NCBI GenBank assembly: GCA_040437565.1
Contig: JBDOQK010000040.1
Coordinates: 124,001 to 188,000, forward strand
DNA from: Albugo candida
Lineage: Eukaryota
DNA length: 64,000 nt
Direction: 5' to 3'
The notes under the pieces were generated by a model. That model made no database searches. It was not told the DNA's origin and worked only from the letters and a program-made list of their open reading frames with translations. The position numbers were made by a program, and so were the translations under genes. Numbering within the stretch: the stretch's first letter is position 1; every line of letters starts with the position of its first letter. Shown here piece after piece: positions 37,401 through 49,100 of the stretch.

Positions 37401-39068
37401 ATCGAAATTGTAAAGGTACCTACCATTCAAGCACCTTTAGTGTATAGGATGGTGCAAAGAACGTCAGATTCCCATGTTTATAGATTGCGTTCGTTAGCAC
37501 ATGAACAGCGAGCTGGCATTTTCGTCAAATAGATCAAACATAAAATGCACTTGGCACCTTAGAACTTACGAATGTACACTCAATACACTACTGATATAAT
37601 TCGACAGAAATCGATATGTCTTCCAGTCCTAACAAAATTCATGACCCGGAATATTTCCGTTCATGCCTGAGCGAACATCGTTTTACGCAACAGATTTTTC
37701 TTCATGCCCAATGTGCAACCTATCAATCTGTTATGATCCTTAGGTCTACGGTCTCTGCGGTGTAATATCATGTGTCTTCCAAGTACAGCATTCGAAAAAT
37801 CATGAGAATTGAAGAATGCAGCGCTTCCGATTTCAAGCTCATTGAGGCCACAATAAGATATCGATCGGACGCGATTCCGAACATGTTACACAGCTAAAAA
37901 GGTAATCCTTGGGACGTGATATGCTCGTGGTGGTACAATAGGATCTAAGAGTGACTCCAACTTCATCGTACTAGTGACATCTTATCGAGATTCTTCGTGG
38001 TAGAACAATAATACAAAGAGATCCATGCCTGAGGTTAGACATGTGGTAACACGAGACTTATCAAGCGGGATATATTCAAAACCAAAGCCATGGTAACGTG
38101 GCAGGACTATAGTCTAACATGGTGCCCATTTGAGGCAGAATACCCAGAACGTTCTCAGCTCTAATAATCGAGTTTTTCGCTTGGATATTCTTTTCTGCTT
38201 CATGCTGAACCATCCATAGAATACCAACACAATCAAAGCTGGTAATTTTTGTGTTCCACAGGGTTATAGTGTGCATGCCAGCGCTATGAGTATTCCTATG
38301 ATTTGATGGATCTCAGTACGTCAGCTCCAAAGTCCAATATCTGCTCAGAACCGCTCCTGATTATTCTTCGATTTAGGTCGTGTTTCGGCTAAGCAATAAA
38401 AAATCACAGCATTGGTTTACATTACCGCTGGTCACATGCGCGTTCATTACATTACTCTCGAACTTCCCTTAACGTCTTTCATTTGTTAAAAATCAAATGA
38501 TGTTGAGACTCGATGTACCGTCTACTGTCTTGAGCCGACGTTTGCTTGTGCCTCTAGAGTTTTCCAATAAACGAAAAGATAAAAAAAACAGAATGCTGTT
38601 GATAATCCTTTCAGGATAAACCTCAACCTCAGAAAATATTGGTAGACAGCAAAAATGGAGCGCAAAACTGCATCATATCGTAGAAGTTTTGAATAAGTGT
38701 GATTTAGGAACCCGTACTTATTGGTAGGGGCAGCCATATCAGCCGATAGAACAGGTACCATGCAAAGAGTGAGCGTCATGTAATTGCCCTTTTTGTCCTT
38801 TGCGGACAGAAAAACTGCCCTGCCTCAAACTATGGTCCACACAGTATTACTTATTCTTTTCAATCCAAGCATCCTCTTTCTTTTTTACATATCGTTCGCA
38901 AGCGTGTGCTGTTAGCCAAGAGGAATGCTGTAATCAGTCAGTACTGAGCGAGATAAACAGCGTTCCAGTTTGAAGCAAAGATAGTATGCGAGCAAAATTC
39001 GACAAACAAAAGGCAGCACTCAAATGTATTCTCGCATCACAAACATCTCACCATGAAAGTGAGAAAAG

Positions 39069-42000
39069 TTAATTCTCAAGGTAAAAATCCTGTTTCAGCT
39101 CCATCTTTGTGAGTAAGTCCTTTAATACCAGCAGCGTGAGTACATTGACTCGTTTTTTTCCATTGTACGTGTGGACAGGATATTCTGTATCCTTTGAACC
39201 ATTCTTAAAGGCAAATTGTTTGACACACTCTTGATACGAGATCTTTTGTGTTATTGCGACCACTTAATTCTCCAAAGGGATCATCTTCACATGTTGCAAA
39301 AGCCCGGTTTGCTCGAGCATTTGTTGTGAACACATTGATCTCAATCAAATAGACCGCTGCACTTTTCGCCGACTTCCATAGCTAGATCTGTGCTGTGTAC
39401 ATCTGGGTAGTAAAACTATGCAATTTGCTTGACGAGAATTTTTATACTGGACGAGCCTTTCCGGATCATACTTCCTGACGAATGAGCAATACGTCCCTTT
39501 TGGATATTCAGGCATAGAGAGTGTTGTCAGTCCATAAACTGCACCTGAACGATATCCTAGCAGATTCTGTCTTTGCTGACCAGTATTTCGAATCGTAGTG
39601 ATACAGTGCATACCATCTATAACTCGTAACTTTTTCAGGACTTAGTAAATTCACTACTCTTCACGCATAAATCATCGCATAACAAAACAGAGATTTCATA
39701 TGATAGATTCAGTCTAGCGCTTCAAAAAAAGGCTTAGATTTATAATTGGATGATTTTTGGATATTTATGAGGCTCTAAACGTTGCCTTGTTTCTCTAGAT
39801 TTAACTAGTATTTCCTATCAAATCGTAAAATTTGGCCGCCATCAGTGGGCAAATTAGGGTTTAGGGTTTAGACTTTGAGTACAAGTGTAACATAATACCT
39901 TTATTTTATACTTACAGCTTCATACAGTTGCTACTAAAGCATTGCTGTATGCTGTATGTGTGAACTGGGTCTGGAATTCTTCGATGTGATCGGTACTTTT
40001 TCATAGCATATTCCGCGTCTCTTCCGATTAGATCTTTCCGATCCAAATTCATATAAAGGAAGCACTTTCTAGCATGGCGACGGATTGTTGCGAGCGAAAC
40101 TGAGGCAAACAAGTACTTACGTAACTGTCGCGACCAATCCTTTCCATGTGTAATCGCAATTTTTCCTTGCGTATCGTTTTGCTTCCNNNNNNNNNNNNNN
40201 NNNNNNNNNNNNNNNNNNNNNNNNNNNNNNNNNNNNNNNNNNNNNNNNNNNNNNNNNNNNNNNNNNNNNNNNNNNNNNNNNNNNNNTTGCTACTAAAGCA
40301 TTGCTGTATGCTGTATGTGTGAACTGGGTCTGGAATTCTTCGATGTGATCGGTACTTTTTCATAGCATATTCCGCGTCTCTTCCGATTAGATCTTTCCGA
40401 TCCAAATTCATATAAAGGAAGCACTTTCTAGCATGGCGACGGATTGTTGCGAGCGAAACTGAGGCAAACAAGTACTTACGTAACTGTCGCGACCAATCCT
40501 TTCCATGTGTAATCGCAATTTTTCCTTGCGTATCGTTTTGCTTCCGCCCAATAGTTTTCTATAAATATAAATCCGCAATGGAATTTGGTCTAAAATATGA
40601 TGAGATGGCCCGACGCGGTGATTGTCCCTTCCAAAAAACTTTTTTTAGCTTTAAAGTCTGGCTGGTTCTGAATAACACTTCGGCCGCAGCAGCTACCTGT
40701 GTCACCACATTTACACCGGCAATCCAGAAGGTTTGTCGTCCAGAGGTTGCGTTTCTGCAGGACGATCTTTATGCCCTTTGGTTGCTCGGCAAGAGGATGA
40801 TCTGCGGGAATACCATGGGTTGCGATGTCCCATCTCCAAACATTCCATTCAGCATTACCGGTTGCTTTCCTCCAGGTCCAAAATTCATCCGTTGAGATAC
40901 GAGAGCATCTTCAGCAAATGCTGCGTGGCTAGTCGCTTTGTCGAAATCGAAGAGAGCTTTTGCATTGGGAAATTGCTTATCGAAAATGGGAATTGCAGCA
41001 ACCCGGACTTGCTTATGAAGGTCTTCCGCAGTCCACCAACCATCATAGTTCTTGCCGGGATATGTGATTGTGCAGGCCTCTTATGGATGATTGCTGTGCT
41101 GAAGCTCCTTTTCATTGCTCAAATCTAGTCGACCCCAATGAATAAGATAGAAAATGTAAAATCTTGGTCAAAGTAATGAGCGAAACTCTAAAATAATAGA
41201 CTTACCAACATCAGTCAGGAATTTGCTGCCATGTATCGATCTTCCAGCCCCTTCTTCCGCAGTGGCTGTTCGCCCATCAGGAAGCCATACCTTCTTCTGT
41301 CCACCATGGGTGACAAATGTGCTTTCATCATGCGTTACTAGGATTATGGCATCTCTGGCAGACCAAATCGCCGAATCCATTTCCGCCCAACAAATTCCGG
41401 CGTAAATGGCTCATAGATTCTCATTAGTTCCAAAAACTGAGTACGATATGCCACGAAATCTGCTCGTCCATGGCCATGAACGTACATGTCTTTCTTAACT
41501 TCTGAATATCGTAGGCCAAGTAACTTCATCCAGCGGGTCACAGCGCTAAGGTGGTAGATGCGGTGGGATCAATTTTTTGAAGTATTTGCTCGTTGACATG
41601 CTTGGTAAAATCCGTTGATACTATGCAGAATTTATTGTTTCGAAGGTAAAGCTGCACATCTGCAATGACATCTTCATTCTCTAATATACTGTTTGTTTTA
41701 ACATGCTTTCCCTGCTTACTCTCGGTAATAAAAACAGTTTCAAGATATAAACGTCCCCAGCCACGAAGCATCTCGGCAACCAACGCCCTTTTCCATTCTC
41801 CGCCGCAATTATTTGCGAGGCAGCAACTCTCTATTTTGCAATCACGATAGACCGTCAATTAATAGAATTAAATTGCGCCAGAGAATGTGCAAATGAATTG
41901 ACTATACCTCACTGCCGCAGAGTACAAGCCTGAAGTATCCTGCGATAGAGGCAAAACGCAGCCGCATAATTTCCTCCTGTGATTCATTTTGTTTTCCCAG

Positions 42001-42744
42001 TTTCACAAGCGCTCTCTGTAGATTATTGTGAGAAGAAAGAGGTCTTTCATCTATCGAGTCCTCGCTTTCAAAATCTATAGGCTGACGCTGTGTGACTTTT
42101 GCCGTGAAGTATGTCTCTAGCTTTCTTGACCCAATAGCTGCTTTTTTCTGCGCTTCTCTTTTACGCCGCTTCCTTCTGTCGGAGTCTCCAAGGTACCGAG
42201 AAGGTCGTTCACAAGCAGACTCAATACTCACAATATTGGTGTCCGTTTGCTCATCCTCCAAAACCCTCGAATTCAATTTTTAAATCCGCCTTTATATCGC
42301 TCCTATTTTCGATAGTTGGACTTGAATTACTTCCGGCTTTTTCGTCTCATAAGCAGCGCGCATAGCTTTCAAGTGACGTTGCTGTTTTGATACTCGATGC
42401 ATGCTGCTTAGATCAATGGGCTGGCAGAAAAAAAGAAATGTGTTTTGTTGTCAAATGAGCAGGATGGTTGGTATCAAGATTAAATGTGATTGGGGAAAAA
42501 TCTGTTGGAATGGTATTGGGGAGTTTGAATTTACGCCAATTATATTCGTTGACGGTTTATGTTTGATGATTCTTCAATTTTGGCCGCAAAAAATAAAATT
42601 AACAGGTTATAGATGAGTTGCACTATATACGTCATCAACATAAATATCTGTCGCAATCTGCATCTTTACTTTTACATTGGCGGTATTCGTAGGAACCAGA
42701 GCAAGAAAAGCGAAGATGATGGCTAAACGATGTTCACGGAACAT
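39069..42744 (-). pseudogene. Family-A pseudogene, copy 3, split by a DNA transposon (pieces 42744-42626 and 39603-39069)
   Basis: MFREHRLAIIFAFLALVPTNTA...IYVDDVY joins HYD after removing the element and one TA. Downstream YCSFVRKYD and ECVKQFAFKNG...ELKQDFYLEN match copy 1. Additional stops and frameshifts. Confidence 0.85.
39604..42625 (-). mobile_element. Tc1/mariner-IS630-like DDE DNA transposon (degenerate)
   Basis: Imperfect TIRs (CAGTGCAtacCATCTATAAC / GTTATAGATGagtTGCACTA) flanked by TA at 39602-39603 and 42626-42627. Transposase motifs KKDMYVHGH, VTHDESTF, GAGRSIH, NQPDF and KFHC...IENYWAEAKRYAR. Confidence 0.88.
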
Positions 42745-43305
42745 GTTAAGGGAAGATGTATTGCTGTTTCAAGAATGATTCAAAAATGATTCATGTATTC
42801 ATTCAAATTAGCTATATTCTAGCTTGGACTACTGATTATGTCGTTTTCTTACTTCTATGGAAAAAGAAGGCCAAGTTAATGTGTTCCCTCTCTGGAATCT
42901 CACACGGGAGGTTAATACCAACGCCGCCTACACTGAGGCTATGAAAGCACAAGTTGGAAGAACAGAGACGGATGATGTTGAAAATTTGTAATGCTGACAT
43001 TCTTTTCTTATATACGAACTAAACCTCTTCTTGTGGTAATACAACACGTAGGACGTATTCGTACATAAGAGCGGTAAAAATACTCGTCAGATGTACACAA
43101 TACGTGTTGGAATCTCGAAATGGCTTAGTTTATCAGGTAATGCTCGTTTCTTTGATCATACGAACTTGTCGATCCGGCTTTCGAAGACTATCTGATCAAG
43201 TACTATTCCGTAAAAAATCGGAGACGCGGCGAACGAGAAATCTCCCAATGTAGCTTTCAAGTAGGCTAACAATAGAAATCAATAAGCAGTGACTCGACCA
43301 AATGC

Positions 43306-44830
43306 ATGCAAGTTAGGTCTGCACTTATTTTTACCCTGCAGACGCCACTACTATATTGAAAGCGGTCGAAAATGCGGAAGATGTTGAAGAATTAAGACAA
43401 TATTTGCGCCGTTGAGCGTGCAGAGAATTCGTATCAAAACACCGGCACTCTTGAGCATAACTAGACACCTTCAGCGCAAATTGTTGGTGGGTTCTCCACC
43501 CAGTGAGTGGCTAGAAAGCTGCTTCGATTCGGATTAGGATGGAGTGATAAGCACTCACGATTCCTCGTCGATCTCACGAGCGATCTTCATCTTCTACTTT
43601 AGGCGATACGCGACGTCTCATCATTGTCTTGCTTAATATCGCATATTTTTGAAAGCTCTTTAAATGGAAAGTACGTTGCAAATGAAGAAATCCTTAAAAT
43701 TAAAAGATTTGCGGATTGAAGGCTTGTTGACAAGCGTTCTACTGTAAGTCAAATTTTTTGCGTGTTCTGAACTTCGAAGAAGAGATTTCGCAGAGATTGA
43801 TCAGGCACCTGGCGTTTAGAATAGACCATTCAGTATAATTGAGAAATGTCGAGGTATAGAGTTGAGAAAATAGGAGTACGTATCAGCTGATCTAGACCGC
43901 TGAAAGCAATTGGTTCCTTGTCCTCATTAGGAGTTTGAGGCGAAGATCAGGAAATGGTGTTTCTGCGGTGAGCCTTGATAAATGATGATTTTCACGGACT
44001 TCATTCTTCACGTTTGGATATCTGTTGACCCGTATTACTGCTCCTTTCTACATCGTTGAATTCGCCCTCAATCCTTCCAGGTGTAGCAAGTAGGTCTGAT
44101 TTATCCTCATCAAGTGGATCAGCTTCGCTTTTATTGAGCCCAACATCCCAAACATAGACGCCAAAGCCCGATGCAAGTGATTGCTAAAATTCAACCTGCT
44201 TGGAAAGTATACAACGTGGAGCAACTACTGCGATCTTTCAAGCTGTTTCGACTATAAACAACACTTTATCTTTTTAGAGAACCATTAACTGCTGGCGTCA
44301 TTGTCAACTTTGATAAGTAAGGGTGGACTGAGTAATAATCAGGAGTCTCGCAATGGTGATTTACCAGTTTTACCAGCTTAATCAACTCGAGCTAAGGTAA
44401 CAAGTGGCTAATTTCAATTTCTGATATGGAAAAAGTATGTATCTACTTTGATGGTGTTGAGGTGTAACGTTATTGCTACTCCTCAATCAGCCATCTTTTT
44501 ATGTTAAAAAGATTTTCAACAAAAAGACTCTTTGATTTCAAATGACTTTGCCTTCCTCTTGTCGCTATTCGATTGCCTTTTCATTTTCATATTCTTTACG
44601 TATCATAGCTTTCTCAGAAAAGCGTCATTTTCTAAAATCGTGGAATAGCTATTATTCAATATTGCGCATGTATCTCTTGGAAAGATTATTATGGTGTTCC
44701 TCCGCCAGCAAAATCTTTTGAAGCGTTTTTTACGGATGTGCATTTCTTATCAACATCAAGCGTTGGGACGAGATCCCCGTCTAAATACGAAGCCCAAATT
44801 AATCGAAACATTCTATTTTGACATGAATGA
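43306..44830 (+). pseudogene. Family-B pseudogene, copy 3
   Basis: Reverse-complement homolog of 26875-25700 (gactcgaccaaatgcatgc...ttaggtctgca; catcttctacttta; aagtggatcagcttcg...ttgagcccaacat). Many stops. Confidence 0.65.
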
Positions 44831-46159
44831 GGCTGCGCCTTCTACTGATCTTGTCTGATATAAACCGAAAGGTATCCTGTCTTCCATCAGTGCAATACAC
44901 GATCAGCTATTTTCAATCGACGTTTACGACAAAATAAACGTATTCCTGATTATAGCGCTTAGGATAACTAGAAGTTTCCGATAATGAATGAATCGTTCAG
45001 TCTTAAAAGAATCCTCAGGCCCACTTGGTGCTAATCACTATCTTTACTTGGCGCTAATCACTTTCTTATCATCTTTCTTCATCTTAAACTCTGTATATCG
45101 TTTCTTCGGATCTACAATGTATCATCACTCTCACCCTTCGCTACTGTAGCATCTCTTAATAAGATTGCACTATCATAAGGAGATGCTGCATCTAGGAGAA
45201 TTTGCTTCACAAGAGAACAAGTACTTATTACCTGTGAAGGAAATCCAAGTATGCCAAAGCAATTCACCAGAGCCTACGATTTGGAAGATAGTCAACATAT
45301 CGATGCATGAAAACAACTCGACGGTATTATCCAAAGCAATGTGCTCATCCGAAAACACTTAATGTGCTGTATTCGAACGAACCTGCTAAAGAAGTTTTTA
45401 AGGCAATCGTTTGAGACGCTTCAGTATAATGTACGCTTATGTAATCAATATTCTTGTACGTACGAGAAGTATCTCGATCAAGCTATCCAGTTTCAATACC
45501 TACGAAAAAATGTCGGGCGTATCAAATAGTATTTTTCAGTGCACCGTAACGCGAATTATCAATTTTGAATAGTGTAGGAGTGTGGGCTTCAAGTGCTTGT
45601 TGGTGTAGATATTGTTGCATCTGAGATCCTAGTATCTATAGTGTGAGCAATGCGTTAGATCAAAACTTCATCAAATTTGCTCAGTTTCGCCACCTGATTC
45701 TTCTTAGATTTAGGTATTGCGGCGCCCAACCATAAATAATCTGAACATGATTAGTTCGACCGCAATATCCGCTTGTTTTCACAGCAACAATTCAATCCCG
45801 GACAAGAACGGTCTACCTGAACAAATAAAGACGTGAAGTGCATACAAACAGCTTCATGTAGTTACTCCTTTCTGTCCTTCGGGGATAGAATTATTGCCCT
45901 AGCTGTCAATATTGAAAGTATTTGATATGCACTTGTTGCAATAGAGGTCGAAGTAAAAGTAAACAACATTTAGTATTAACCTGGGTTGTCAACACTACAG
46001 CATGCATGTCAACGGCATTACAGACTTGACTATGTCACGTTCCTCAAGATATTAGTCTGGTCGCACGTGGTGATTGTCTCTCTTCGTACCATCTGTCATG
46101 TTGTCACCAAACAGCCCTTCCGATGAGTTTGGACTTTACCTGTAATGGGTCTCGCAGTT

Positions 46160-49100
46160 GCAGCTCAGTTGAAGGCGTCTAGACTAGTAGCATTGAATTG
46201 GTGACTTCTCTAGTTGCCAATGCAATCTTAAATAACATATATACATATAAGAAACGTTTCGTGGAAATATCTGTGAGAATTGATAATATGTCGTCTCGTT
46301 GATAATCCTGTACTGCGGTAGCCTCAGTCACCTTGATACGAGGCTGTGTCCAGCTTGTATATGCTGTAAACTTATGAAGCTGTAAAGTTGTAGTTGTAAA
46401 TTGTCCAAATTGGTTTGGGCCACACTAGCTCCAACGCAGCCATCCAACTAGGACTATGATCCGAGTTGCACTTGCATTTTGACTTGTCTGTGCCGTACCC
46501 GCAGCAATGATCTTCGACTTCTGTAAAATCCACCGAATGATCCTTGCGTTGCGAGTTGACCCAGCACCTTTGCAAGCCGAATGCATTCGTGTTGGTCGTA
46601 ACACTGTCTTCGATAGTACCGAACCTGCGCACTAAACGTAGTGTAGATCACGGAAAGTGCTGGAATTGTTGGAGTTGCTTATCGCTGATCGAAAAGACGA
46701 CTATTCTGATCGGTCCAGACGAAGTGCAACGTCACCGCTTGCAATGCAAGCCATAATTCCTATATAATTTTTTGATAGCCTTTCCAACACTACCCTACTG
46801 TTGGTACGAGTGCACATGCAATATGCGTCGAACGTGGTCGGGATGAGAAAACTGATCCCAATTAGGGAGTAACTCCCTTCATACAGGCAACATCCGAAAG
46901 GTTAGACGAAACAGGAAATTTTAGAAAAGCGGTAAGACTCGTTTTCGAAGATACCCTGATGTAGACATAAAAGTTCCAACTCGTTCTGTTTCTAGTGCAT
47001 CCAATCTCTCTCGTGATGAACAATGTGTCAACATCGTATGCCTCCTGGTTGGTTTGGGGTTTTCCAAAGTATCCGTGAGAGTTAAGAGCGTGGATAAGAT
47101 GAAAACAATGCTTCATCACCTTGCTTTATACTCCCATAAAAAGCGATCTGCCATTTGTGTTTGATTGGATCCAAGTGATGGGACCAATCGTCGAGTGAAG
47201 ACGCTGTAGTATATGAGTGACTTCATTGTAAAGTCGCCTCAGAAACTTTTCTTGAGCCATATCCGATGCATTTATCTCTTCGTAGTTGTAATAGTTGGCG
47301 ACGAAGTCTTCCTTCGTTGGCCACGTGTCGCTGTCTCGAAAAAAGTCTTGAAGACTGCGAATCTCGAAAAGTGTAGCAAACGATTTCCGAAATGCTCGAT
47401 GTGGCTCATCTACCACACCAAGATTGAGTCAAACGTTTTGAGTACTCGTACTACGAGTAGCAGCTTCGTAATGTAATACTTGGTCGCAGTAAAACCACAT
47501 CGTTTGTTACATGTAGTACTGACGGCGTTGTTGAACATTCAAATCGGGTATTGTAATGCTATAATCTGTCTGATGTCAAATTTTAAATTTGTGTTCCACC
47601 AAGAATATGTTCTCTCCCATTGAACCAGATTCCCATGTCGTTGTGGTGCGATGCTGGATATATCCGTCGGCTTAAGTGGTTCAAAGGAAGGTTGAACAAG
47701 CAGTATCAATTCCGTCGAATCAGTTGTCCAATTTGCATGAAAAATTGTTGACGCTGTTGAAAATGCCGCACAGAATGTAAAGTTGCTTCACTGAAAGGAG
47801 GGTAAATAGAAGTACTTATATTATGTATGACCGTTAGTATCTCTTCCTACGGCCTTACTCAATTACAAAACCACCGCATCGGGAAAGTCCATAACGGAAG
47901 GTATACTAAACCATTATTTAGATCCTGTATCGTTCTCCCAAAACGTCCCAAAGATGGCAATGTGAAGTCGTTACTTTTCAACACTCCTTCCTGACGGCGC
48001 CGTGTGTTTGTTACCTCAATCATGTTCTGATCCTTGATAGTTTCACGTATCAGTGGATATAGTACCATCAATTGTTGTAGTCGAACAGCGCTATATGCCT
48101 TCGTAAGAAAATCAGCCGCCATCTATTCGGTCTGCATATAACAGAGCTTTGTAATGCCCTGTTTGGCACAATCTTTGATGAACTTGAGCTTAATGTCGAT
48201 GTGCTTCGCTCGCGTCAAATTTTCTTCGTTTTCCATCTGGCTGATAGCTGCTTGATTGTCTATCTCCATCCGAAAAGGTATTCCACATTTATCCCAAATG
48301 CAACAATTATCTCGCGTAGTCCGAGGAGCTCTTGAACGGCATGTGAAGCCGACGTGAACTCCGCTTCCATAGTCGATTGATATGATGATGCTTGCGGCAC
48401 GTCCAGCCTACTATGATGTCACCCACACGAAAGATCGCTCTGCTTACCGACTTGCGGCTAATATTTACCTTTAAATGCCTCCATTGCTTGCTCTTGAAAG
48501 TTGCACAATAGTGATTTGCTGAACCTGTTTCTGTTCAAGCTAAACCTTGACTTTCTTAGTTCCTTTCAGATACCTGTCAATTCCTTGTACAATTGCCAGT
48601 CGCTCAGCGTAGGCGCATTGGATCGGCACGTATTTAGGTGCACACCATAAGCAATGTCCGGTCGTGTGCATCGAGCCAACCATACGAGCGATCCCACGGT
48701 CGACTGAAACTATTTTAGCGATGCTGATCCGACTGGCCCATCCGCGGGTAGAATCGGGTCAGCTTCCCGCATGTTGGTATCATGATCGAACCCGACTGGT
48801 GTCGTTACGTGGTGCGAATCTTGCAGACCGAATTTTAATACTAGCTCGTCGATCATCGGTTCTTGGTCAATTTTATAACCAAACTACAGAAAATAAATAA
48901 GTCGCATGCCTAGAAACTTGCTAACGACGCCCAGGTCCTTGATCTGGAGCGTTACCAATTTTTCAAACAAATCATCCACTCGAACCTTCGATGTTCCGGT
49001 CACAAGAAAATCGTCAACATATACTCCGACGACAGTATTTCCATCGTGATCCCCTTTGTAGTAGATACATAAGTCTGTGACACATTGTGCGAATGCGACA

